Positions 29,365-39,693 of a stretch of 64,000 nucleotides of DNA are shown here, piece by piece. The position numbers and the translations under genes were made by a program. Positions within the stretch are counted from its first letter, which is position 1; every line of letters begins with the position of its first letter. The notes under the pieces were generated by a model. The model did not search any database. It saw only the letters and a list, made by a program, of their open reading frames with translations, and had not been told where the DNA came from. This stretch comes from Thermoproteota archaeon (GTDB lineage Archaea > Korarchaeota > JAOZGF01 > JAOZFZ01), in NCBI GenBank assembly GCA_027492035.1, contig JAOZFT010000004.1, positions 160,001 through 224,000 of the forward strand. The letters run 5' to 3'.

Positions 29365-29439
29365 GCCCCGGTGGTGTAGCCCGGTTAAGCATAATGGCCT
29401 CTCGAGCCATTGACGCGGGTTCAAATCCCGCCCGGGGCA
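29365..29439 (+). tRNA. tRNA-Glu(CTC), intronless
   Basis: GCCCCGG/CCGGGGC acceptor, ATGGC-CTCTCGA-GCCAT anticodon arm, GCGGG-TTCAAAT-CCCGC. Confidence 0.97.
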
Positions 29440-29518
29440 TTATTTCTTACTTATAGAAGGTTCAGCTTAATGACAATACTTAAAATAATTTGGTTTATGC
29501 ATGTTATAAAGTTTTTAC

Positions 29519-32191
29519 TTAGAGCTTTAAGGCTTGTTCAAGAAACTCTAGTATTTCTTTCCGTTGAGAAGCAAAGAATAGCACTGAATTATTAGTTTTG
29601 AACGGAATTTTGAGCAAGTTTTCTTTATATGGTGGCTGCGTTATCGAAAGATCCCTTAGTAATACCAGGATTTTTATCCTTGTTCCATCGTCAATTATCT
29701 CTTTTAGATTACTTTCACTTAGAGAAGCGTTGAGGGAAGTTGGTGCAATGAATTCAACCTCTACCTTCCCATCGATCAAGAGTCCGTTTCCCTTTAATTC
29801 AATTGGTACAGCGTTTTCAAAACAGAAATCAAAAAGGTAATCTGTGACCATTTGTTTCAACAACTTTCCCTTATTGAGCAAAGTGGCAACTTCCATTGTT
29901 GATCCGTCAACGCAGACTTTCCATATTTTAACGGCGCTATCGGTTTCAATTAATTGTGTTATTATGTTTAGGGGGAGGCCTATAATATCGCGTAACTCTT
30001 TTAAAGTAAAGTATTTATATCTTTGGATTATTTGGAGGATTTCTTTTTTCACTGCCTGCCTAAAACCATGTTTTCCTTTATTTTTCAACAAGTTTAAGTA
30101 TTTTCTCAGTTCTAAATTGGAGACGGGTTCCCAATTTTTATTTCCTATAGTTTTTATTAGGAAGGGCTCATTGTAAGTAGGAGAAAAAAGAACCGCTTCG
30201 AACTTACCTAATTTAGGAAATATTTCCTTTTGAGTTTCATCTAAACCCATATTGTTAGCCATTATTGCTTTGTCTTTGTTGTCTACTGTCCTGAAACAAA
30301 TTTTGGTAGAAGTGTTTCTAATTACGTAACTACTTAGTATTGTGGGGGAAGGAGAAATGAATAACATCCCCACCCCTACTTTACGCAAATAATCCACTGC
30401 CTTCAATACTGCACTAGATTCATTACCGTTCTCAGGAACAATTACCTGCGCCTCATCCATTACAACAAGAAGTTTGAAGTTGTTCGAGATTTCTTCTGGT
30501 TTGTAATAGTGTTCAAAAACCTTTTTAAGAATAATAGCGGCGATTACTTGTTTCGAATTTCTATTAACTAATTTAGAGAAATCGAAACTGACAAGTCCGT
30601 ATTCGTCAAGGTAGTTAAAGAGATCTATCTCCCTTTCTGTATTGAGCACTTCACCTAGTTCTCCCTTCACTAAGAGATGCAGTCTCCTTATTAAGGCGTT
30701 TTTAATTTGTACAGAGGCACTATCCTCTGGCTCATATTCTAAAAGGAGATTGAGAAGTTTTCTAAATGAAACTTCATGTTTATTTTCCCTATAAAGTTTT
30801 TCAAGTAGTATTCTTAAAAATTCAGAGGTGGGTTCCGATAACTTGAGCTCTTCCGAAAGGAAGGAATGAACCCAATTGATGTGTTCATTTAAGTTATTTC
30901 CCTTGAAATTTAGGATGTTCAGGGTTAAGGGAACTTCTTCATCATTTACAACAAAGATAAAACCTAAATTTTTCATTATGACTGACCTGTACTCGCCGCT
31001 TTGATCAAGCACGATCACTTTGATTTTTAATTCGTTAAAAAGATTGTTTATGATGTTTTTAGCCAACGTGCTTTTACCGAACCCTGTACAACCTGTAATT
31101 AAGCACCTGGCTAGTAAGTCATGAATTGATAAATAAATTGGAAAGTGCCCCCTTCCTTTATAAAGAGAATAACCTATCGATATACTATTTACGGGTTTTT
31201 TGGGTGTAGGAAGAGGAAAAACATCTTCTTCCATTATTTTTATCCCTGAGGAGCTAGGAGGTAAAGGAAATAGAAGAGATGCTTCAGGAAGGGTAAGGTT
31301 CAGTAACTTTTTTCTTGGTACACGAAAAAAAAGTTCTTTCCAGGCCAGTAAAAGCTCTTTACCTTTGAGTTCTTCGAGTTTGATGCCAGGCAGCATAGCT
31401 TCAAACACGCTCCTAACCACTTTAAGCTTTTTGTCCATTTCAATTAACTGTCTTGAAAGAGTTTGCTCCTCACAAATGTTTTGTAATACTATAAAGAGAG
31501 ATGTTTCAACGAACCCTTTTGATAGACCTGTTTTTAGTCTAATAGCTTCGGTTAATTCTTTGTCTTCAGGTGGAAGCTGCGAAGTTAGATCCTCCTTTTT
31601 AGATATGGCTATATGATTTTCTAAATTCTTTAACTCGCGTAGCGCCCTCCCTTTTAGTTCTTTTGCGTTAGTGACAGGTCTTGCAAATAGGGAATAGGTA
31701 CAAGGTATTTCTAGCTCTTGAATCCTTGAGAGAGCATCTTGCAATCTTGAGAAGAAATTTATGAAGTTCATTACCTTTTGAGTCAAGTATGCACCATTTT
31801 TTTCTTCTAAAAGAGGAAACTTTGGTCTTTCAACCATATTTAGTATAGAATAAATCACAATTTTATTGTTTATACGCATTAAAAGGAAAGTGTTTAATGT
31901 TCTGATGTTAAGATTCAAATTTTCGTTGTTTTTAGAATACTTTAGTAAAATATTTCTTTCGGTGGTTAAGGTTATTACTTTCCCTTTCTTAAAATAAAGA
32001 AGGAAAAAAATACCCGCTACCATACTTGAAAATAAGATACATAACTTATAGTTCCTTTGCATAAACAGGGCGATGGCGATAGCTAGGGTGGCTAGGTCGC
32101 TAAAGTTAGCTATTACAAGTATAAAGATGAGTAAAATGATTAAGAAGTTAATTAGCCGTTCAGAGGTTCCGTAACCAAGTACCTCTCTCAT
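29519..32191 (-). CDS. Membrane-anchored HerA/VirB4-like (DUF87) ATPase
   Basis: N-terminal TM segments, GCTGFGKS, VLDQSGEY, VMDEAQ, LRKVGVG, NTSTKICFR. Confidence 0.85.
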   Translation of the reverse strand: MREVLGYGTSERLINFLIILLIFILVIANFSDLATLAIAIALFMQRNYKLCILFSSMVAGIFFLLYFKKGKVITLTTERNILLKYSKNNENLNLNIRTLNTFLLMRINNKIVIYSILNMVERPKFPLLEEKNGAYLTQKVMNFINFFSRLQDALSRIQELEIPCTYSLFARPVTNAKELKGRALRELKNLENHIAISKKEDLTSQLPPEDKELTEAIRLKTGLSKGFVETSLFIVLQNICEEQTLSRQLIEMDKKLKVVRSVFEAMLPGIKLEELKGKELLLAWKELFFRVPRKKLLNLTLPEASLLFPLPPSSSGIKIMEEDVFPLPTPKKPVNSISIGYSLYKGRGHFPIYLSIHDLLARCLITGCTGFGKSTLAKNIINNLFNELKIKVIVLDQSGEYRSVIMKNLGFIFVVNDEEVPLTLNILNFKGNNLNEHINWVHSFLSEELKLSEPTSEFLRILLEKLYRENKHEVSFRKLLNLLLEYEPEDSASVQIKNALIRRLHLLVKGELGEVLNTEREIDLFNYLDEYGLVSFDFSKLVNRNSKQVIAAIILKKVFEHYYKPEEISNNFKLLVVMDEAQVIVPENGNESSAVLKAVDYLRKVGVGMLFISPSPTILSSYVIRNTSTKICFRTVDNKDKAIMANNMGLDETQKEIFPKLGKFEAVLFSPTYNEPFLIKTIGNKNWEPVSNLELRKYLNLLKNKGKHGFRQAVKKEILQIIQRYKYFTLKELRDIIGLPLNIITQLIETDSAVKIWKVCVDGSTMEVATLLNKGKLLKQMVTDYLFDFCFENAVPIELKGNGLLIDGKVEVEFIAPTSLNASLSESNLKEIIDDGTRIKILVLLRDLSITQPPYKENLLKIPFKTNNSVLFFASQRKEILEFLEQALKL

Positions 32192-32334
32192 TTCATGAAA
32201 ACCGTTAGAGGCTCTCTTTATGTTTTTAATGAAAGAAAAGTGCAGAAGCTTGGCTAGGTAAAATGTTTTGTAACATTAAAAAGTATTCTAAAAACTTTTT
32301 TACAGAGCTATGAAAAAAGGGGAGGGAGAGAGGC

Positions 32335-33180
32335 TTAAATATATTCAACAATTCGCTGTGTAATTTCCCTATACTCTTCAACAGAAACTTGAAATGGTCT
32401 TTTTTCCATCACTCCAAGTTGAGATAAAACATTTTCTAAAATTTCTTTTGAAATATTAAAGCTTCGAAGCTTTTCTTGTAAAGTGTTAACTGAATTCCTA
32501 ATTTTTTTATTTCGATTACTGAAAAAGGCAGAAGTAATAGCTGTTAAGGTTTTTTCCTCAAGGTGGGTAAGAATTTTAGGTTTAGGCTCTAGTTTAAGAA
32601 GCAAGGAATCCACCTTTGGAACCGGCCAGAAGCAGTTTTTCGGGACTTCCATAAGTTTTATGATACACGACTTCAAACGGGCATGAACCGTTAACCTACC
32701 ATATTTTTTATTACCTATCTCCGCAACCAATCTCTCACCGAATTCTTTTTGAAAAGTTAAAATGGCTAATTTAAACTCTTGATTGAGCAAGTGAAAGAGA
32801 AATTTGGAAGAAATAGAGTAAGGAACGTTAGAAATAACTTTGCAAGAAGACGGAAAATTGAAACGAAGCACATCCTTTTTAATTATTTTTACTTTGGAAT
32901 TGCTGGAAAAAATTTTTTTTAAAAGGTAGACAAATCTCTCATCCTTTTCAATTAGAATTACTTCTTTTGCTAGAGGTAAAATCTTGCGAGATAAAACTCC
33001 TAATCCAGCTCCTACATCCACTACTATATCAGATTCTTTTATTTCAGCTTCCTGAATCATTTTATCCATTAAAGAAGAACAAACCATAAAATGTTGAGAT
33101 AATCTTTTTAAAGGCTTGATGTGGTACGTAGCCATCGTATCTTTTATAAAATCGATTATAAGCCTGTCAGGATCGTCCAT
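32335..33180 (-). CDS. rsmA: 16S rRNA adenine dimethyltransferase KsgA/Dim1
   Basis: KRLSQHF, DVGAGLG, SNVPYSIS, FQKEF, FWPVPKVDS. Confidence 0.95.
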   Translation of the reverse strand: MDDPDRLIIDFIKDTMATYHIKPLKRLSQHFMVCSSLMDKMIQEAEIKESDIVVDVGAGLGVLSRKILPLAKEVILIEKDERFVYLLKKIFSSNSKVKIIKKDVLRFNFPSSCKVISNVPYSISSKFLFHLLNQEFKLAILTFQKEFGERLVAEIGNKKYGRLTVHARLKSCIIKLMEVPKNCFWPVPKVDSLLLKLEPKPKILTHLEEKTLTAITSAFFSNRNKKIRNSVNTLQEKLRSFNISKEILENVLSQLGVMEKRPFQVSVEEYREITQRIVEYI

Positions 33181-33775
33181 TAATCCCCCTTCTTAATCCA
33201 AACCCATGTGTGAACAAGTAATATTTGCAGTTTCCTTTGAGTTCATCCATTATCCTTTTAATTATTATCTTTTCAGGTTTCTTCAAACGTGTCCGTTGAG
33301 AAAGATCTAAAAAACTTACGAAGGGCTTCTTTTTCCTTTCCTCCAAAATACTCCACATAAGTTTCTTTCCTATCCCGGGGAGAAGTTCAAGTTCATTTAA
33401 TCTTTTGGTCAAGGGCTTTGCTGAGTTGAAAAAATCAACAAACCTACTTTCTTGCTCCTTAACTATCATCTCCAAGGCCTTCTCTAACTGATCCTTGGCT
33501 TGTGTCGTAAGTCTTTCGAAAGGAATAACACCTTTAACAAATTTTATCTTCGACCTCACCCCTTTCCCAATGAAGAGCCTTTCTCCAACAGAAATAGGTA
33601 ATCCCTCTATAGCAACCAGCTCTAAAAGCAGAAAATAATCAACACCTAATGCTTGGACAAGCGGCCTGAACCTTTTGGGTTTATTAAAATCTTCGGGATG
33701 GCCATCTGGTAAGTAATCTAGCGCATACGCTTCATTTTCATAAAGTTTCTTAGCAACACGCCTCATTCGGTTCAC
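33167..33775 (-). CDS. DUF655 putative RNA-binding protein
   Basis: LDYLPDG, QALG..YFLLLE, LELLPGIGKK; conserved position between rpo4 and ksgA. Confidence 0.92.
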   Translation of the reverse strand: MNRMRRVAKKLYENEAYALDYLPDGHPEDFNKPKRFRPLVQALGVDYFLLLELVAIEGLPISVGERLFIGKGVRSKIKFVKGVIPFERLTTQAKDQLEKALEMIVKEQESRFVDFFNSAKPLTKRLNELELLPGIGKKLMWSILEERKKKPFVSFLDLSQRTRLKKPEKIIIKRIMDELKGNCKYYLFTHGFGLRRGINGRS

Positions 33776-33776
33776 T

Positions 33777-34106
33777 TTATTCCTTCACATAACTAGTTAG
33801 TAAGTCAAGAATCTCTTTTAGTTTATTTTCATCGAAAACAAAATCCACTTTTTGCAGAATATTAATCAGTTCCGTTTTAGATGACGGTTTTGTATTTACT
33901 ATTTGAACTGAGATATTCCTGGGTAAGGAGTATTTTTCAGTTAAAGTGGCAATTATTTTCTTTGCGTCCTCAGCTTCGAACATAGAGAAGATGTTACAGT
34001 ATTCTAGAGTCAATTTTTGGAAATGTTTATATTCCTTTACACCCAGGTTCAGTAATAATTGTTTAACTTCAGGAATTGATATATCTTCCTCCTCTAAAAT
34101 TTCCAT
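33777..34106 (-). CDS. rpo4: RNA polymerase subunit Rpo4 (F)
   Basis: ISIPEVK, TLEY..F, VQIVNTKP HRDC-like; between rpl21e and DUF655; start ATG 34106 after SD GGAGG. Confidence 0.88.
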   Translation of the reverse strand: MEILEEEDISIPEVKQLLLNLGVKEYKHFQKLTLEYCNIFSMFEAEDAKKIIATLTEKYSLPRNISVQIVNTKPSSKTELINILQKVDFVFDENKLKEILDLLTSYVKE

Positions 34107-34119
34107 TTCATCCCTCCTT

Positions 34120-34416
34120 CTAATCAGGAAAAGCACGAAGATGCTCAGGTCTAACTATGATTATCTTGTTTTTTCCGCCATCTTTCACTCTAACTAAGTA
34201 AGAGGACCCCCTTTCAGAAATTACTGAACCTAGTTTCCCATGGAAACGCGGATGAGGCATTCCTTTATGTACGGAAGGATTAATTTTTATAACCACTTTA
34301 TCCTCTGGTTTATACTCATGCAGAACCACGGAAGCTGGTATTAACCCCCTTTCCCTAACTTTTTTACTTAATTTTTTACGAGTTTTTCGCCTAGGGCCTT
34401 TACTTTTCTTAGTCAA
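34120..34416 (-). CDS. rpl21e: 50S ribosomal protein L21e
   Basis: SKGPRRKTR, INPSVHKGMPHPRFHG, RPEHL. Confidence 0.98.
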   Translation of the reverse strand: MTKKSKGPRRKTRKKLSKKVRERGLIPASVVLHEYKPEDKVVIKINPSVHKGMPHPRFHGKLGSVISERGSSYLVRVKDGGKNKIIIVRPEHLRAFPD

Positions 34417-34419
34417 CTC

Positions 34420-35607
34420 TCAATAACCCCCCTTAAGCCTTTCAAGCCCAGAGCCTATATTCTCTGCAACATAAACAACGTCAAGCTCCAAAAATTTAAC
34501 CTTTTTCTTTAACACATCCAAAAGACTGGGCGTTGTTCTGCCCTCATCCCCGTTAACAAATTCCTTAATGTACAGTCCACCCTCACTTAAAATTATTAAC
34601 TCAAGTTCATTATTTGAAATTTTCTTAGCTCTTATGTCGTAAATCTTTTTAAATCTGACCTTATCTGTTCTATGGGAAAGAACTCTAGTCGGTGTTTTTT
34701 GTTTTATTACACAGTTTTTCAGTGTTCCCTCGATTTTTTCAAGGTCTTTACAGGAGACACCTTCCTCAACAGCCACAACGACACGATACACTTTTTTAAG
34801 TTTGGGGGATAAAGCTTTCAAGCGTCGCATTTCATCACGAGAGGAAAAAGTTAGATTCAGAACTTGAATTTTTCCTTTTCCATATTTATTAATTTCCTTT
34901 TCGATCTTGTCTAAATCAACCTTTCTTTTTTTTGGATCAAGCAACTCAACAACAAATGGACGGCCGTTACCTAACATTCTTGCATCAACGTCTTCCCTTC
35001 CTACACCATGAAATTTAGATTTCGAGGCGTTAAAGTGGTTTATCAAAGGGGTCGTTATCAATTCTTCAACTGAAGGAAGACTGGAACTGTTTCGAAAATT
35101 TTTAGTTTGTAAGAGTCCTCTAACTAGTTTAAGGTATCTTCCCTTAATGAAAAGCGGCGCTGCTTTAACTTCCACGTCCCTTTTAATAAAATTGACAGTT
35201 ATGTAAAGATCTGGTTTCCCATGAGTTGATTCTAAATTTGTTTTTTCTCTCAGTAAATTACTAATTTTTAGATTTAAAGCAGTTTTAATACTCATTTTTG
35301 GGTATAAGTTAAACCTTGAAATAAACTCTTCCTCGCGAAAAAGCATTATTTTCGGAATTATTGAGCTGATGTTGAAGCTATTACCTTCATAGTTCTCCAA
35401 TTTGGACATAATCATCTCAATAAACCCAGGAATTTCGGAAAAGTAGTTTAAACAAAAATAACATTCATTAGGTTTAGCATGGAAAGTTTTTAAACATGAA
35501 TAAGAAGGAACATGTTTCTCTAAATACAAAGAAAAACAATTTCGGCAAAGAAAATGCTTTTTCAAGAAATTTTCCATTGAAGGAGAAAGCCTGGCTAAGC
35601 AAGACAT
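34420..35607 (-). CDS. pus10: tRNA pseudouridine(54/55) synthase Pus10
   Basis: GRYLKL, GREDVDARMLGNGRPF, QKTPTRV, GGLYIKEFVNGDEGRT. Confidence 0.95.
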   Translation of the reverse strand: MSCLARLSPSMENFLKKHFLCRNCFSLYLEKHVPSYSCLKTFHAKPNECYFCLNYFSEIPGFIEMIMSKLENYEGNSFNISSIIPKIMLFREEEFISRFNLYPKMSIKTALNLKISNLLREKTNLESTHGKPDLYITVNFIKRDVEVKAAPLFIKGRYLKLVRGLLQTKNFRNSSSLPSVEELITTPLINHFNASKSKFHGVGREDVDARMLGNGRPFVVELLDPKKRKVDLDKIEKEINKYGKGKIQVLNLTFSSRDEMRRLKALSPKLKKVYRVVVAVEEGVSCKDLEKIEGTLKNCVIKQKTPTRVLSHRTDKVRFKKIYDIRAKKISNNELELIILSEGGLYIKEFVNGDEGRTTPSLLDVLKKKVKFLELDVVYVAENIGSGLERLKGGY

Positions 35608-35620
35608 AAAAAAACACTTT

Positions 35621-36967
35621 TTATAGACTCTGTAGGGGGAGGGAGGTGAAAGGAAGTTTACCCTTTTTCAAAGATTTCTGCTTCATAATTTTCCTGATCA
35701 TCTTTTTCGTCTCCTTGTAATATTTTAGGAGAGTTCTTACATCTTTAGGAGTAGTTCCAGAACCAAAAGCTATTCTTCTAATTCTGGATTTATCAATTAT
35801 GTCTGGATTAATAAGTTCTGCCTTAGTCATTGATTGCATTATAATCTTCCATTTCTCAATATTTGCCTGTATCTGTTTCTCGGTAGATCCTGGAAGAGAA
35901 TACTTAAAGCCTGGCAAATACTCGACTATTTTCTTAAAGGGACCTAACCTATACATAGCATTTATTTGCTCCATTAAATCATAAAGAGTAAACTTGCCCG
36001 AAATAATTCTCTCAATTTTTTCTTTACTAGGTTTCTCTTCCAGTTCCTCTATTTTCCTCAATAAGCCTTTAACGTCACCTAGCCCAAGCAGTCGAGAAAC
36101 AAAACTTTCAGCATTGAATTGTTCAATGTCCGAAACTTTTTCTCCAGTACCTATGAAAGCTATTGTAGCGTTTGTGGCGGCTACGGCTGATATAGCCCCT
36201 CCTCCTTTAGCTGTACCGTCTAATTTTGTTAAAAATATGTACCCGAGATCCGTGTGTTTTTTGAAGGCCTCTGCTTGCTTATAAGCCTGTTGACCAATAG
36301 TTGAATCTACCACGAGCATAGTCTTATCTGGTTTTATTTTTTCAACCATTTCCTGCATTTCAGAAAATAGCTTCTTTTCCTTTCTATGTCGTCCTGCAGT
36401 GTCAATTATAAAAACATTTGATCCTTGTTGTTTAAGCTCTTTAATTCCATTCTTTACTATTTTTAAAGCGTTTTTACTGGATAGATCCCCGTAAAAGTCC
36501 GCTCCCGCTTCTTCACTTAATTGTTTCAATTGTTCAAATGCACCAGGCCTATAAGTGTCAGCACAAATTACACCTGGTTTTCTCCCTCTAGATTTGAAGT
36601 AATACGCCAATTTAGCAGCAGAAGTAGTTTTACCAGAGCCTTGCAAACCTACAAGCAAAATAATTTTGCCATCAAAAGGTTTTCTTTCCTCCTTTTTACC
36701 AAGTAAATCAATAAGCTCTTGATATATTGTGGCGATTGTGTAAACTCTTCTATTCAAGGCTGGAGGTAACTTTCTATTTAAAACTTTATTTTTAACCCTT
36801 TCAGAGAGAGAAAAAACTAAATTGACATCTACATCTGCCTGTATAAGAGCCCTTTGAATATCTTTCAAAGCTTCATTGATTATTCTTTCATTTAGAGTAG
36901 GGTACTTCAAAAGTTTCCTAATGGCTAAGTTGAGTTGCTTACCTAGAGCATCCAGCATCCAAACCAA
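35621..36967 (-). CDS. srp54: Signal recognition particle protein SRP54
   Basis: GLQGSGKTT, DTYRPGA, DTAGRH, TKLDGTAKGGG, M domain SRIRRIAFGSG. Confidence 0.97.
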   Translation of the reverse strand: MVWMLDALGKQLNLAIRKLLKYPTLNERIINEALKDIQRALIQADVDVNLVFSLSERVKNKVLNRKLPPALNRRVYTIATIYQELIDLLGKKEERKPFDGKIILLVGLQGSGKTTSAAKLAYYFKSRGRKPGVICADTYRPGAFEQLKQLSEEAGADFYGDLSSKNALKIVKNGIKELKQQGSNVFIIDTAGRHRKEKKLFSEMQEMVEKIKPDKTMLVVDSTIGQQAYKQAEAFKKHTDLGYIFLTKLDGTAKGGGAISAVAATNATIAFIGTGEKVSDIEQFNAESFVSRLLGLGDVKGLLRKIEELEEKPSKEKIERIISGKFTLYDLMEQINAMYRLGPFKKIVEYLPGFKYSLPGSTEKQIQANIEKWKIIMQSMTKAELINPDIIDKSRIRRIAFGSGTTPKDVRTLLKYYKETKKMIRKIMKQKSLKKGKLPFTSLPLQSL

Positions 36968-36975
36968 CTTATAAA

Positions 36976-37374
36976 CTACTTAACCTGCATTATTTTTTGA
37001 TAACCTAAAGAAGACCACACAGTCACTTCTTTGCCTATTTCTACTTGCGACTTTAACTCTTCATTATCTGGAAAAGGAACTTCAAAAACTTCATAAGTTT
37101 CTAAATCCATAACTTGAACAAATTCACCTGGAATCGCTATGACTTGACATGTCCTCTTTTTAATTATGGGAGTGTCTACAATGGCATCTACAGGGCTAAC
37201 TATACTTTTTCTTTTGTTTGTAAAAACACCTATAGCCGTTATGCGTGCTTTGGCGGCTCCATGTTTCCCTGGTTTAGATTTTTCAACCGAGACAACCCTA
37301 TAAGGTTCTGACTCAATTACTATATAGCTTCCCTTCTTTAATTTTCCTACTTCGGTAGGTCTTGTTTCACTCAA
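36976..37374 (-). CDS. eif5a: Translation factor aIF5A
   Basis: Hypusine loop SKPGKHGAAK, QVMDLETYE. Confidence 0.97.
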   Translation of the reverse strand: MSETRPTEVGKLKKGSYIVIESEPYRVVSVEKSKPGKHGAAKARITAIGVFTNKRKSIVSPVDAIVDTPIIKKRTCQVIAIPGEFVQVMDLETYEVFEVPFPDNEELKSQVEIGKEVTVWSSLGYQKIMQVK

Positions 37375-37485
37375 TTTTTTCCCAACCCCTAAAAAATTTA
37401 GTTTTAAAAGAGAGGAAATAGGTGAGGTTATTTAAAAGCCTGAATTTTTATAACCTCTTTTTATTTTTAAAATCTACGTGCTTAA

Positions 37486-38388
37486 ATGATAAAGTGGTTA
37501 AGGTTAAAGGAGATGGAAGACCTGTTTGAGAAAGTTTTCATAGTTTCAAGAGTGGATAAACAAGAAGCTAAACAAGTTTTAACTTTAGCAATTAATCTCC
37601 TAAAAAATAAAACTACAGAATTATATGTAGTAAGTGATGCTGCTGGTTTGGTGGAAAAGCCGGAATTAAGCCGCCCATTAAATGAAGTGAGGAGCATAAA
37701 GCCGAGTTTATTGGTTTCAATCGGAGGCGATGGAACTATCCTATGGCTTCACAACAGAATACAGGAAGAAACTCCCCCAATTCTACCGGTTAAAGTTGGA
37801 ACCTTTGGCTTCCTAAGTGAGATAACCCCTGACCAACTGGGAAGGGCAATAGCTAAAATAGAGAAAAATTCCTTCTACATAGAAAGGAGAGCCAAGCTTA
37901 AGTTAAAAGTAAATAAAATAGAAAAGGATTTCCTCAATGAAGCAACTATAATAACGAAAACTTGTAAATGTTCCAATTTACAAATAAGTATAGAAAAAGA
38001 AAAGCTAATCCAAGGGTTAATGGATGGATGTTTAGTCTCGACACCAACAGGGTCTTTAGCATATAACTTAAGCGCAGGCGGCCCAGTTGTTGATCCAGAA
38101 ACCGAAGTATCAATTGTTACATTATTAAACCCTTGGCCGTTCGCAAGCTTCACCCCGATAAAAAGGATAGTAGTGCCAATGAACAAAAGAATTTCAGTTA
38201 CAAACATAGATAAGAAGGAGGTAGCAGTATTTGCTGACGGTGAGAAAGTGACTGAAATCAAGAAACTTGAAAAAGTGGAAGTGGAGAAATCTCCCAAAAA
38301 AATAAGTTTCGTAAGATTTGACAAAAACTTTTTCTATAAGAGGTTTAGAAATTGGAGGAAGAAAATTCCGAAACGATTTATGTTCTAG
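37486..38388 (+). CDS. nadK: NAD kinase
   Basis: GGDGT, GFL, LNE, DG.LVSTPTGSLAYNLSAGGP. Confidence 0.94.
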   Translation: MIKWLRLKEMEDLFEKVFIVSRVDKQEAKQVLTLAINLLKNKTTELYVVSDAAGLVEKPELSRPLNEVRSIKPSLLVSIGGDGTILWLHNRIQEETPPILPVKVGTFGFLSEITPDQLGRAIAKIEKNSFYIERRAKLKLKVNKIEKDFLNEATIITKTCKCSNLQISIEKEKLIQGLMDGCLVSTPTGSLAYNLSAGGPVVDPETEVSIVTLLNPWPFASFTPIKRIVVPMNKRISVTNIDKKEVAVFADGEKVTEIKKLEKVEVEKSPKKISFVRFDKNFFYKRFRNWRKKIPKRFMF

Positions 38389-38891
38389 ACACTTCAGCAT
38401 TAGCTTTCATCAACTCATTAAAAGGATTTAGGAGGGGATACATAGCAGAAGAAACAAAAAAGGAGCTGCGGCACTTCAAAACAAAATTAGTTTTTGAAGC
38501 ACTAATTCATTCTCAAAGGCTTCAAGTGAAGCCTGTGAATAAAAAATTTTTGAAAGAAACAGTTAAAAAAGCAAATGAAACAGGGGAATATTTGAGACTG
38601 TCCAAAACAGACTTGTACACGGTTGCTCTCGCTCACCAAATCAAAAAAGAGGAAGGAAAGAAAGTAATCGTTCTAACAGATGATTACACAATTCAAAACT
38701 TATGCGAACACATGGAAATAGATTGGAAACCTGTAAAGGAGCGAGGAATAAGGAAAGTTGCCAAATGGGAGCTGAAATGTACATCTTGCGGCAAAATATG
38801 GAGAAATACAGAAATAGAAATATGCCCCATCTGTGGAGGTAAATTAAAAAAGAGAATGATCTTCCAAGACAATGGAGAGACAAAAAAATGA
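38352..38891 (+). CDS. nob1: Nob1-family rRNA-processing endonuclease (PIN + Zn ribbon)
   Basis: VLDTSA, LSKTD, TDDYTIQN, C-terminal CxxC..CPICG. Confidence 0.92.
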   Translation: MEEENSETIYVLDTSALAFINSLKGFRRGYIAEETKKELRHFKTKLVFEALIHSQRLQVKPVNKKFLKETVKKANETGEYLRLSKTDLYTVALAHQIKKEEGKKVIVLTDDYTIQNLCEHMEIDWKPVKERGIRKVAKWELKCTSCGKIWRNTEIEICPICGGKLKKRMIFQDNGETKK

Positions 38892-39625
38892 TTATAACAT
38901 ATGTAATAGGGAGCGCTGGCTCCGGAAAAACCTTGTTCACTTTGGCACTAAAAACTCAGTTAACATACAGTGAAGAAAACATTATTTCAGTAAATTTGGA
39001 CCCGGCAGTTAAAAAAACACCTTACTCACCAGAAGTAGACATAAGAGACTATGTCAACATAGATAACATTGTTTTCGAAGAAGAAGTAGGGCCTAATGCC
39101 GCATTAATGCTGTCCTATGAGAAAGCCACCACAGTCATTGACCAAATAATTAGGGACATAAATTATTACTCCCCTGAAGTAGTGATAATAGACACCCCAG
39201 GCCAGTTAGAATTGTTCATACTTAAAAAAGTAGGTTTAGACGTGATAAACAGTTTAAGAATAGATAAACAACTTGCTTTTTATTTGATAGATTCACATGC
39301 AGCCCTAGATGCAGAGGATCTCATTACTCAACTCTTACTAGCCACTATTTGCCATTTTCGGTTGAAAATGCCCATATATCTAGTGCTTTCAAAAACAGAT
39401 TTGGTTACAGACAAGGAAGTAGATATACTTTGTGAAAGAATAAAAAAACCCAGTGAACTCCTAAAGGAGTTGAACAAAAAACACGAAGTAGGAGACATAG
39501 ATCTACATACAATTAGATATCTTGAAACATACGAAGGCTTCGGGGAAGTCTTACCTACTTCAGCATTAGCAATGAAAGGGTTCGACAATGTGTATTTAGT
39601 TATTGATTCATACAAAAATTTATAA
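38888..39625 (+). CDS. GPN-loop GTPase
   Basis: GSAGSGKT, NLDPA, GPN, DTPGQLELF, SKTD. Confidence 0.93.
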   Translation: MIITYVIGSAGSGKTLFTLALKTQLTYSEENIISVNLDPAVKKTPYSPEVDIRDYVNIDNIVFEEEVGPNAALMLSYEKATTVIDQIIRDINYYSPEVVIIDTPGQLELFILKKVGLDVINSLRIDKQLAFYLIDSHAALDAEDLITQLLLATICHFRLKMPIYLVLSKTDLVTDKEVDILCERIKKPSELLKELNKKHEVGDIDLHTIRYLETYEGFGEVLPTSALAMKGFDNVYLVIDSYKNL

Positions 39626-39693
39626 GGAAACTTAAAATGAATTAAGAAATAAGGAAAAGTAACGGTTGAGAAAGACAAAGGAGATGTAAAAGG

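Noticed and set aside
29410-29595. 61-aa ORF in the track, and a possible integrated element at tRNA-Glu
   Set aside because: The ORF overlaps the tRNA and the ATPase end; no duplicated tRNA 3' end or integrase was seen
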